From the NCBI GenBank assembly GCA_021432655.1, contig MU271259.1:1-41949 (forward strand): a stretch of DNA of 41,949 bases, in the 5' to 3' direction. The DNA comes from Atractiella rhizophila. Taxonomy: Eukaryota. The position numbers and the translations under genes were made by a program. Under the pieces are notes generated by a model. That model was not told the DNA's origin, did no database searches, and saw only the letters and a program-made list of their open reading frames with translations. This document shows positions 32,129 through 41,949 of this stretch, one piece after another. Within the stretch, counting starts at the first letter, position 1. Each line of letters opens with the position of its first letter.

Positions 32129-33075
32129 ATGCCAGGTGCAGTCATCGACTTCAACGTTTCTCCACCGCGCTCAGGGAAAACACCTCCGAAGCCATCAAAC
32201 ACACTCATCCTCGCCAATCTTCCCGATGCCCTTCTTCAAGACCCTCTTGCCTCTGCTTTCCGGGGACATTTCGCCCATTATGGACGCATGAGGTGTTGGG
32301 CACCGCTCTCGAGCATGGGACGGGTATTCGTCATTTACGACGAGGAAAGCGAGGCCGCGACGGCGAAGCAGGAGATGGATAAGTTCGTCTGGGGGGATGA
32401 CAGAGTCGAGGCGGATGGGGATAAATCTACGGCATGGTACGGTTAGATTTCTTTCGTGTAAGCTGCAGTTCTCGTTTTGGAAGGTCTGGTGGGATTTTTT
32501 GCATCGGAGAAAAGATAGCTGACATTTTTTCGCACTTTGGCAGCTCCCCACTTCGTGTTTACTTCGGCCCACGAACGGATCCTGCGCTCCTATCAGAGCC
32601 TTCTTTCCTCCAGGTCCCAACGACGGACAAGAATTTTTTGATATCCCCTCCTGGCTCTCCGCCGGTTGGATGGGAGCAAATCGTTGAAGATCCGCCAAAT
32701 GCTGCTCCGCTTGCTCAAGACCTCATGCAAGCACTACGGTATTTGACTGTCGGACACGAAGATTTTTCAATGTCTGTAGGTGGAGAAGAGGATGCTACAA
32801 ACTCAGGAACACCAAAGGAGGTTGTGCTCATCGACACTGGGGCAGATTCTAATGTCCCCTCATTGAAGATTTTCAGTCCACCTGATGGCGCTGGTTCTGG
32901 CAGTAGTGCCAGACAGCAGAAGATCAGTTTGGTGAAGGCGACGATTGAATCGATGGGTGGAACAATGGACGACACCCCTTCCTTATCTGTGTTTCCCCCT
33001 GGCGATCCTCTTGAGGAAGAAGATATGGCCGGGGCAGCGCCGAAGATCAAACCTACCGCGAGGCCGCCTCTGTAA
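32129..33075 (+). CDS. RCN1: Calcipressin / regulator of calcineurin (RCAN family)
   Basis: N-terminal RRM-like part (NTLILANLP, WAPLSSMGRVFVIY), the signature KNFLISPPGSPPVGW and C-terminal TARPPL. Confidence 0.93.
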
Positions 33076-33597
33076 TGATTTGTTGGAGTTAATTGTACGA
33101 GTTTAGGTGAGCATCTCCCGCCTTTTGTTGTTTTGGGAAAGAGCTGCGCATAAAAGAGGATGAAAAACATTTCACAGACCTGAACTGATTTCAAGTTCGT
33201 CTCGGAAAGTGAGGACAACAACTTATTGCCTTTGACTTCTGATACCTTTTCTCTGGCTTTCTTTTTATGCTACTTCAGTTTGAGTGTGAACTGACAAGAC
33301 CGTTTACAGGTGCTAGAAAGTGTTGCTTGTGTTTCTACAAACAGTGTACTAGTACTTCTGAAGTGCTTTGTCTCAATGGGATGATGTATGATGTCGTAAA
33401 CCAAAAGTCTTTGTCACAGACGTCTCCCCTACTGCATGAAGCATGAACATCGATTTTGGTAGCAGGATGACTAATAACCGGCCCTTTCCGGTTTAGCCGG
33501 TGGTGAGCATTGGACCTTGAATTCTGGGCAACAGCTACTTCTCAGTGCAGTCGTCCAACCTGATAATACTCTGGCTCAGTTCAACGTGTTGAAAAGA

Positions 33598-34582
33598 ATG
33601 GCGGACGCAGTCCAAAAGCTTACTCCAACCGTCACGCTTATCCGCAACAGCAATCCAGGTCCCTTCACGCTCACCGGGACGAACACCTACCTTCTTCAGA
33701 ACTCAACCGATCCCTCCACTTATACGCTCATCGATACTGGTTCTCCATCTGAATTGTTGCAGCCTCCGAGCTCGTACATTCCCCGTCTGCTCGAAACCAT
33801 CCCGGCTGGAGGCTCAATCACGGATGGTGCCATCTCTCTCTCTCCTTTCGCGAGATGGAGTAGAGCTCATGTTTCCTTCAGTCGTGATTTCTCATTGGCA
33901 TACGGACCATACCGGTGGCATCCCCTCGCTATTTGAGGCCCTCTCTTCAAAAGTCCCGAAGGTGTGGGCACATCCAGCTCTTGCGGATCACTCCAGCCCA
34001 ATCAACGACGACGCTTTCACACCTCTCCGAGACGGGGAGACGTTTCCGCCCCGTCCGTCACTCGAAATTTATCATACGCCTGGTCACACAAAGGACTCGA
34101 TTTGTCTTTTCGATAAAGAGGAAGGATTGCTTTGGACTGCAGATACGGTTCTTGGACAGGGAACAACAGTCTTTGAGAATCTCGGAGAGTATTTGAGCAG
34201 CTTAGAGCGAATGAGAAAGCTCGTTGAAGATGCAGGGAAAGAGGTGCAGATTCTTCCTGGTCATGGACCCATGGTCAAGGAGGGCTTGGCGAAGATTAAA
34301 GAATATATCGATCATCGAAAGCTGAGGGAAAACCAAATCGTTTCAAATCTCAACTCGACTCCAAAAACAATTGAAGGGTATGCAGTCATGTCTTTCTCTT
34401 CACTCACTACTCGCTGAGACTTGATCTACAGTCTCGTCGCTGGAATATATCCTGAGGTGACAGATGAGAACGTCAAGCTCGCTGCAGGTCGAGGTGTCTT
34501 TCAGGTGCTTGAAGTGTTGAAGCAACGAGGAGTGGTCGAGGAAGTAGATGGGAACTGGGTACTGAAACAGGGAAAAATGTAA
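33598..34582 (+). CDS. Metallo-beta-lactamase fold protein, LACTB2-like
   Basis: NPGPFTLTGTNTYLL, LIDTG, SHWHTDHTGG (HxHxDH), HTPGHTKDS, ADTVLGQGTTVF, LPGHGP and EYIDHRKLRENQI. Stop TAA 34580-34582. Confidence 0.92.
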
Positions 34583-34721
34583 CACTGTCCTTCGCCACCG
34601 AAGCAGAATTGTACACTAGATGTCTACTTCTATCCAAGGAATTAAATGGTACCTCTTGCAAGATGGAGCCAGATGTCCGGAAACAAAAATATGCAAGATA
34701 TAGAGAAGAAGCTTTGACGTG

Positions 34722-35849
34722 TTAAGTGCTCAAAGTTGAATGCTCACCTTGCACATTTTGCTCCCCTTCTCGTTGTTCTTCCCCAAAACCGACTAACTCT
34801 CTCATCTTCTGTGTATCCACAACTCCTTCAATGCCTTCCCTTTCAATGGCTATACAGGCCGCCATCGCCACATGGTCCACATGAATCGGTGGAATGCTCA
34901 GCAGATTCGCCATGCTCTTTGCAACTGACGGCAATTCCTGTGCCGGCTTTTCGAAAAAGATTGAGGCGAGAGAATTGGCCTTCAAAGGTAGAGGAAGATG
35001 TGTTTGAACGTAGGACGAGAGGTCTGTCAGCACCGCTGGAGGGGTGGAAGCCGGTCGCAGGTGAGCGTGGTAGATTATGCTGGGACGGAGAAACACAGGA
35101 CGCGTAGTGCGAGCAAGAGGGGTTTTAGAGAGAGTAGAGATGGTGAGTTCGGCTTCTCTCTTGCTTTGGATGTACCCAGAAGGAATGAAAGGTCGAAAGA
35201 TATCTTCTGCCGAAATGAAAACGAAAGGTGACCGGGAATTGAAAGGGGAGGTAGTAGACGAGAACGCATTGAAGATGGATACAGCTATACTGCCTTAATT
35301 TCGTTGTGCGCGGGAGAGAATGGTGAACGTACCAGCGTCTCGATTCAGTTTCTCGTATCCTTCCTCCTCCGCTCCTCCCGCTCTTAACGGATTATCCTCT
35401 TCAAATTCTGGCAACCAAGCCTTGGAGATGCCCCAACCATTTAGCATATCTCTCACAAAACGCTGAGGCGACTGCTTATACGCCGCCGAGGGGAGCAGTG
35501 TTCCGATTGTGGATACGACAGCTGTACATTTGGACAGTTCCTCCACAACGGGTTCGGAAGGGTTGAAGACAGAACCAGAAAGCCACTTTACCTGCGCCAC
35601 AAGTTAAAACGAAGAGTTTTCGAGAGAGAATAAATGTACTTTTTCGGTCCACGCAGGCGTATGTCCACCCGGCGTCTTGAATGCTTTTCCAGAGCGCGAC
35701 AGTGAGGTCACATTCCACCCGCGAGAGAGGGCTGCGCGGCATACAGAGGATCCTGCGAGCTTGTGGTCAGTAGGCTATCGTAAGGACGACGACGAAGAAG
35801 ACCAACCAACATAACCATTACCACCAACCACAAAAATATTTGTCGCCAT
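34722..35849 (-). CDS. Atypical SDR / NAD(P)-binding Rossmann protein, Coq11 (YLR290C)-like
   Basis: Spliced MATNIFVVGGNGYVGSSVCRAALSRGWNVTSLSRSG, AVVSTIGTLL, YEKLNRDA, FVFISAED, GYIQSKREAE (YxxxK) and VFLRPSIIY. The 3' end is uncertain. Confidence 0.82.
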
Positions 35850-35901
35850 CTTCAGAAAAGGTACCCAAGTTGCATCCAACTAAATCAAATGTTGGCAAAT
35901 T

Positions 35902-35915
35902 TTGTCACGTGACAA
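35902..35915. promoter_or_regulatory. Perfect 14-bp palindrome containing a GTCACGTGAC bHLH E-box
   Basis: TTGTCACGTGACAA, 53 bp upstream of the Coq11-like ATG (35849, minus strand). Confidence 0.5.
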
Positions 35916-37279
35916 TGGTCTTTCAAGTTCTTTGTCGTCTTTGTCTATCTCTCTCTCCAGGAGTTTATTTCTCTCTTGCGCGAGTTCTAACAACAACGAC
36001 AGATCTTGTGGCTCTCTTTATAAATATCAAGGAACTCGTCGCACCTGTCTCTCTGATGAGCCCCACCACGAATATCGATTTTCAGTCGCGAACTATATTC
36101 TTGCTACACCTTCCCACAAGACTTAGAGCCACTTAAGATCAGGTATATGTGGCTGCTTTGATAATGACCGAGGGGATTCAGTGCCATTTCGATGTGGACA
36201 AAAGTGCCAGGTGTGCCCTGTTCTTTGCTTCTTTCCGGTCTGTTCCTCAGTGGACGTGCTAATCGTCCTTCATCCACCTTGAATGGATGGATATTGCCCA
36301 ACTAGATCCGTCTAGAAATGAAAGGAGGCAATCTGAAGGAAGACACCTCAAACTGTTGCCCTGAACGCCCAGCTTTGCAAATCTCATCTGCGTCTTTACA
36401 TTCTTCCATTTTTGATGCATTACACCTTCAAAAACCTAAACTAATGCATGCAGGCGCACGAGTTGATCCTTGGATTATAGTTCCCTTTGTTCTTTTGACC
36501 CACGACAGTTTCAGCGCGCCATGTGCCCTGCAGCTCTTCGTACGAGAAGTTGGCTCCTTGATGTTCGAGATTCATGGAGGCTTCTTCATGGAGGCTTCCA
36601 TCCGTGCACGGCACGATCCGAGTGCATGGTGACCAATGAGCAAGATGGCACTTCGGTCTGGGCTCAGCAGCACGACTTCTGAATTCCAACCTCTCATTGA
36701 TTGTCTAAATGTTGCAGCATTTGATTTCTTCTGTTGTTTTACCTGCTGCGGGGTTATTGCCACAATGTCTCGGGTAGAGTCTGTTGGCCGACTCCTCATA
36801 TATCGTTTTCTCAAATTAGCCTACCGCTCTTCGTACATTAAAACTGGATATTCGATGAGCGGTACAGGTGCGCCGAAGGACCACATCGTAGAGATATCAA
36901 TTCGAAATCATTGACAAGAAGAATAAAGTAGTTCTATTCCAATTGTCCTAAGCTGTCCAACTTTCCGTTTGATATTTTGCTTCAAGCGAGACTGAAAAGT
37001 TTCAGCAATAAAAGCCGATCTCCCACGCTTCACCATCAGATCCTACCTGATTCTGCTAGAGCATTGACTTCCGATTTCGCTCAGACTTGTTCATTCAACT
37101 GTCGCTCGGACGTTTTTTTATCTCTTGAGGGGATTCCAGATCTTTGTGTCCTTACCAATTGTTAATACAGGTTCCGTGCAGCACTTCGCTAACATCAATG
37201 CGCTATTAATACTAGAGTCAGCACCAACCTCTCAGACTTGGAGTCGAGTCGACGAGCTGCACTAACCTCGAATCTCTTC

Positions 37280-39943
37280 ATGAATTTTGTTGAAGTAAGG
37301 AGGGACGACGAGCCGAGTGGTCGCAGGAGGTCATCTTCGGTGATCGAACGTGCCACCAATGTCACGCCGCCACCAGATTATCCTGGTTTGCAGCGAGCGC
37401 AGACGATCAGTCAATCTACCTCTCCTTCTTTCGCCTACCAAATTGGAAGGCATGCTGTTCCACCCCTCGTCCAACTCGGTCATGTTCTTGGACACCTGAA
37501 ATTGTTAGGAGTTTTCCACAAGCTCCGAAAGGATGTCAAATGTTCGCGTCAGGAAGAATTGTTGGTCAACTTGCCGTCACTCAATCCAACTCTCACAGCT
37601 TCCTTGGCCACGCCATCTCAAGGTCATGTTTACGTTCCCGCCGAAGTTACCTGGGCTATCTATCTTTCTCGAGCAGTGCATCGATTCGAGTTGTGGTGCA
37701 CAAAAGTGCTCAGGTCGCAATCCGGTCAGGGACATGATAGACTTCAACCTGAAGAATACCCTCCACTGGACGTCCTCCTGGTTTGGCACTCCTTTCTCCT
37801 GAACCCGCGAGCGTATTATGAAGAATCCCTTGGGAATCAACTAGTGCAAAGGCTACATTTTCTTGGAGGAATACCGCTTTCCGAAATGGTGAAGTTACAT
37901 CTGTCACGGTCAATATCTACTGATGAAAAGCGGTTTCAGCACAGCGTAATCGCAGACGACTTTTCGTATTGCCCTTCTCCCCAAGCCAAGAGCAATTGGG
38001 AAAATTGTGTGGATGGCGAGCCGTTTGTAATGTCTGTGAGTAACCCTGTCGACGTTGGCATTCCAACTTACAAGAATCTAGATGCCAAAACCTTCTGATA
38101 GACACAAGTTTCTGTGCCCTGGTTGCAGGTGCGAACATTCAACTCCATATGTCAGTTCCTCGGGGATGGGCTGGGCACAATCTTCGTTCGAGTTTAGATG
38201 CAGTTGCAGGATAGTCATTACCAAAAGCACTTTTGCAGTTCGACGCCTCGCCGCGGTTGTCAAAGAGCGCGTCCATCATGAGGGGTGGACCGCAACGAGC
38301 GAAGGAAAGAGCAAAGGAATTGGAAAGGTCCCTCTTGGCTCATGCCTTATGGGAACGATCCTAGGACCCGATGGCGTGCCTGATGCTGGACGAGCGGAAT
38401 CACTCAACCGAAAGTGGATTCGGCCATTCCACGAGGCGGTAAAAGCTGACCCGACAATTTTCGGCATCGCCGCAGGCTTGGGATGGAATCTGGAGAGTGC
38501 AGAGAAGAGCCTCGTCGCTGCTCGAGCAAAATCAAAAGACGACGAAGCCAAAGTTAAAGCTGTCCATCGCATTTTGGCAGCTTATAGGCAACCTTTTGTC
38601 TCCATTGATCTAACTGCTGCAGTACGCTCCTTGCTCCTCCATCCCATCCCATCCCATCTGCTAAAGTACAGACGAAGGTAAATCGACAATTCAAGTTCAT
38701 CGAATCTATGCATGAGCTCGGATGGCTGGCTCCACGTGCGGCTGAAGAAGCTGCGGCCTTCGTTAATAAGGCGATTTCGAGATATCACAATTTCCTCAAC
38801 CTCATGATCGATCCCAACATTACCAATTTCCTCGTTCCGACACTCGATATTGATCTTGTCTGGCATACTCATCAACTGCAGGATATTCTGTACCGGAAGC
38901 ACACTTTGTTGCTTCTGAATCATATTCCTGATCATGGTAAGGCACTTTCAAGCCATGCTCAGTATCTACAATTAACCTCCAATGGTAAGACGATAAAGTA
39001 GAGGAAAATACTTTAGCGACAGCGTTTAAGGAGACTGGTGAGCATGTTCTTTACTAGATCCTGCGCATGCCAACATTTTGCCTAGCAAAAGCCTGGAAAA
39101 AGAATTTTGGAGCAGATTACTATAATTGTGGCTGCATGGTATGACAATACTCATTGCTACCATGTTATTGTAGACTCAGCTATACCCCAGGCACCGCAAG
39201 ATTCACTGTGGTCGACGCTTCGGGCCAAATTCAAAACTAAACCACAGTCCTCTCCGTCAGCAAATTCATCTTCGTCCTCCCTCCTTTCTACCGGGGCGTC
39301 TATCACCGATCCCGCAACCCATGCGTCGTCTCATAACGCTGTGAGGATTACCAACAACTTCGTTTCGTTTGGTTTTCCCCGCGAACAGCGCGAAGTACAC
39401 TTGAAGATTCAGACCAAGATTGAAGAAAAGATGATCGAGAAAGGGAAGGCGAAACCTGAAGCTCAAGAGCGGAAGTTTCAGCGAGTCTTGGGACACAGTC
39501 CTGCCTTTCAAGGGGCTCTAAAACCTTCTTGCCGCCCTTTTTGGGAGTCGAACACCTCCCCGGTTCTCGGTAACGGTTATGGTTTGGGCTTGTCTGGTAT
39601 GTTTTTGTTTTTTATTTACCCTTCCAATTTACTTCTTTGCGTTTGTACAAAGGTTGCGGAAGTCAGGTTGAGAAAGGTCAAGGACTCTGCGCGGCTGGCT
39701 CTGGCGCTACTTGCTCCGTCGGCATAGGAGGTGGAGGAGGGTGTGCTTCCTGTTTGTCTTCATCCTTCTAAACGATCGCAAGCATAGTCAACTGATCCTG
39801 ATATCTTAGATGCTTCTGGAATCGGAAACTCTGCTGATCAGTCTTCGCAACCAGCCTACACCGACTCGAATGGGCTGAAGGACCTCGATAAGGCCTTAGA
39901 ACTGTTCAAACGGTCGTCCATCATCGCTATTGACGATCTTTAA
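37280..39943 (+). CDS. DUF1399 / glycine-rich-domain (GRDP-like) protein
   Basis: HLKLLGVFHKLR, RAVHRFELW, PPLDVLLVWHSFLLNPRAYYE, IDLTAAV..QFKFIESM, AISRYHNFLNLM, VPTLDIDLVWHTHQL, DH|DDKVEE and a Cys/Gly-rich tail. The start and last exon are approximate. Confidence 0.85.
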
Positions 39944-40404
39944 AAGATTTGTCGCCCGTATAATACCTGTGGCGTTAATCCGACCATTCAACATGCGATT
40001 CTTTAGTTATCCTTTTCAATCTTGGGTATCATCGTTGGTGTAGGGATTGCAACAAGTTGAATCGTCCCAATTTCACTTTCGATTCTGGCCCTGTGGAGCT
40101 GCTCTCGTTTACAACATGTAATTACCCTCCATACTATGTCATCAGACTGTGTTAGAATATATAGGTAACATTCCACACTCTCGCGTGTCGCATTCTGCGA
40201 TTGAAAGCTTGCTCGCCTGACCTGGCTCAATTGTTCCTTTTCTCACCAATCACTCTCCACTCGAATTTTCTCACGTTAATTTGCAATTCGCCATAACCAC
40301 TGCTCGAGCTATAGAATGATATTTATCTTATGCATTAGTGATACAGGTCGATAATGGATCGGAGCCGTCCGTCCGGGAATGAAGTTGGAAGGGAAGAAGC
40401 GACA

Positions 40405-41368
40405 ATGACAATGTTCTCCTCCTTGAAGCGTTCGCTGTCCCGTCCAGCATCAGTGCACTCAACAAACTCAGATGCCCCCTCTCTTCCTCCCCCAATTCCC
40501 CTGCCTGCCATCCCCAAGCTTTCCTCTCCTGACCCGACAACGATACTTTCCCTCCGACTGGCTTACCTTTCACTCGTCCTCGCAGGCCCTGACGGCTCCA
40601 TCAACCCGAAACTGACAGCCAATGGCAGTGTGAATCCTCTCGATTTTGGCCTAGAGGAGAAACGAGCTGGAAAGGCTGTAGGTGATGCTGACGAGGCAGA
40701 GGGAGTGAGCGTAGCTAGGAGGACCGGAGAAATCGAGAAGCAGCTCAAAGAAGTTGTGGATGGTCTGAGAGATCATTCAGTTCGACGGTTTATTGACTCT
40801 TGTACACTCTTCTCACTTTCAATAACAAACGTCTAATTGGCGGCACTTGTAGATAACTTGAACGCTCAACTGTTGAAGCCCCCTCTTGCCGTGGAGACAC
40901 CGAACGACAAGGAAATATCGTACGAATCGAAAGCACTCATTCTTTCGGACATGAGCAATGAGATCATTGCTTTGGAGCGGAACTTGAGGGAGATAGAAAC
41001 GTTCGAACAACGGGGAACGGTCGGCGGAAGGTCGCTGGGAGGTGAGTGTTACCTCCCTGCCTCACTAACTTTGACGCTGACCGCTTCTACGTCCTAATGT
41101 AGAGTCTGAAGAGCTGAAACCGGAAGTAGAAGAGCTTCAGAAACAGACGTTTCCCGAGCTGAGCAAAGGATATGGAACATTAGAAGAACGAACCAGCCAA
41201 CTGTTGGCGGATTATAATCATTATGTGAGTTGCATTGCAGGCTGATTTCAAAGTAAGCTCAATGAAACTCAGGTCGATACCCTCTCCGAGCTGTTCGTGG
41301 AGTGGAACCGCACTCTGGAGGATGTTGAAGAGACATTGAAGCGATGGGAGAAAGAGGATGGGGTTTGA
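40405..41368 (+). CDS. Dynactin subunit p22/p24 (DCTN3/RO10-like)
   Basis: LSLRLAYLSLVLAG, VRRFIDSY, ALERNLREIETFEQRG and LLADYNHY|VDTLSELFVEWNRTLEDVE fit the fungal dynactin p24 pattern. An alternative in-frame ATG lies at 40354. Confidence 0.7.
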
Positions 41369-41675
41369 TTTGATTACGAGCGAGCGATACCTGGTTCTGT
41401 CGGTAAAGCTGGCTGCCTGCAATGTTCTGCGTCATAAAAATCACCGTGAATGGGTCCAGTGTTACACTAACGAGATAAGACATTGACTGCATGATTCATG
41501 TGTAACCAGTTGAGCTCCTGTTTAGCTAACGGGCCATCGCCCTTCCTCGACTTCGGATAACAGGACCCGGTCCGGCGTCTTCAACTTCACGCGCTCAAAT
41601 ACAACCGCCCTCATTCGCTGCTTCCCCAGCACTCTCGACAGCTCCTAGCCCTCCAATCAGAGTCCCACCAGCAAC

Positions 41676-41949
41676 ATGTCCAAAAAGTTCACCGCCAAAG
41701 ACGTTTCGACTCATACCACCGCCAACGACGCCTGGCTCATCATCGAGGGGGGTGTTTATGACGTTTCCGAATTCATGTTAGCTTTCTTTTTGTCAAGCAA
41801 ATAACAGTAACTGACTTAAGACTTATTGGGTACTGAAAATGTAGCGAAGAGCATCCTGGTGGCTCGAAGATCCTGCTAAGAGCATGTGGGAAGGATTCGA
41901 CGGAGGCGTTTTGGAAGTTCCATAGCAAGAAGACTTTCACAAAGACGGC
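41676..41949 (+). CDS. Cytochrome b5-like heme-binding domain protein (5' part; runs off the window)
   Basis: MSKKFTAKDVSTH...DAWLIIEGGVYDVSEF..EHPGGSKILLRACGKDSTEAFWKFH carries the HPGG heme motif. It could be standalone or fused, for example to an acyl-CoA dehydrogenase. Confidence 0.88.

Noticed and set aside
34473..34747. Possible spliced 3' extension of the Coq11-like CDS overlapping the LACTB2-like CDS antisense
   Set aside because: It needs an atypical 36- or 93-nt intron, the unspliced frame already stops at 34722 after the domain ends, and the extension has no recognisable motif.

Overview
Gene-dense, intron-rich fungal genomic DNA. The short GT-AG introns with CTRAY-like branch points and the gene set suggest a basidiomycete (inference). 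The ORF track breaks genes up at introns, so I rebuilt them by hand-splicing; exact exon limits need RNA support. About 18 protein-coding genes are visible, in order: Zn(II)2Cys6 transcription factor (DNA-binding domain absent from the ORF track), M16C metallopeptidase, RecQ helicase, Mpp10, HAD hydrolase, sugar porter, mitochondrial ribosome recycling factor, Rrn10-like protein, a divergent cullin, Lcl3 nuclease, SAM methyltransferase, Ytp1/DUF2427 membrane protein, Spp2-type G-patch protein, calcipressin, LACTB2-like metallo-beta-lactamase, Coq11-like SDR, DUF1399 protein and dynactin p24, plus the start of a cytochrome b5-domain gene. Two things stand out. (1) The cullin appears to be spliced in frame to an N-terminal signal peptide plus transmembrane helix, which would make it a membrane-anchored cullin. 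(2) An ~815-bp tandem duplication joins two phase-2 introns and would create an in-frame 96-aa chimera of sugar-transporter TM1 and the HAD C-terminus; merged alleles in the assembly are a real alternative. No rRNA, tRNA, CRISPR array or clear transposon was seen.
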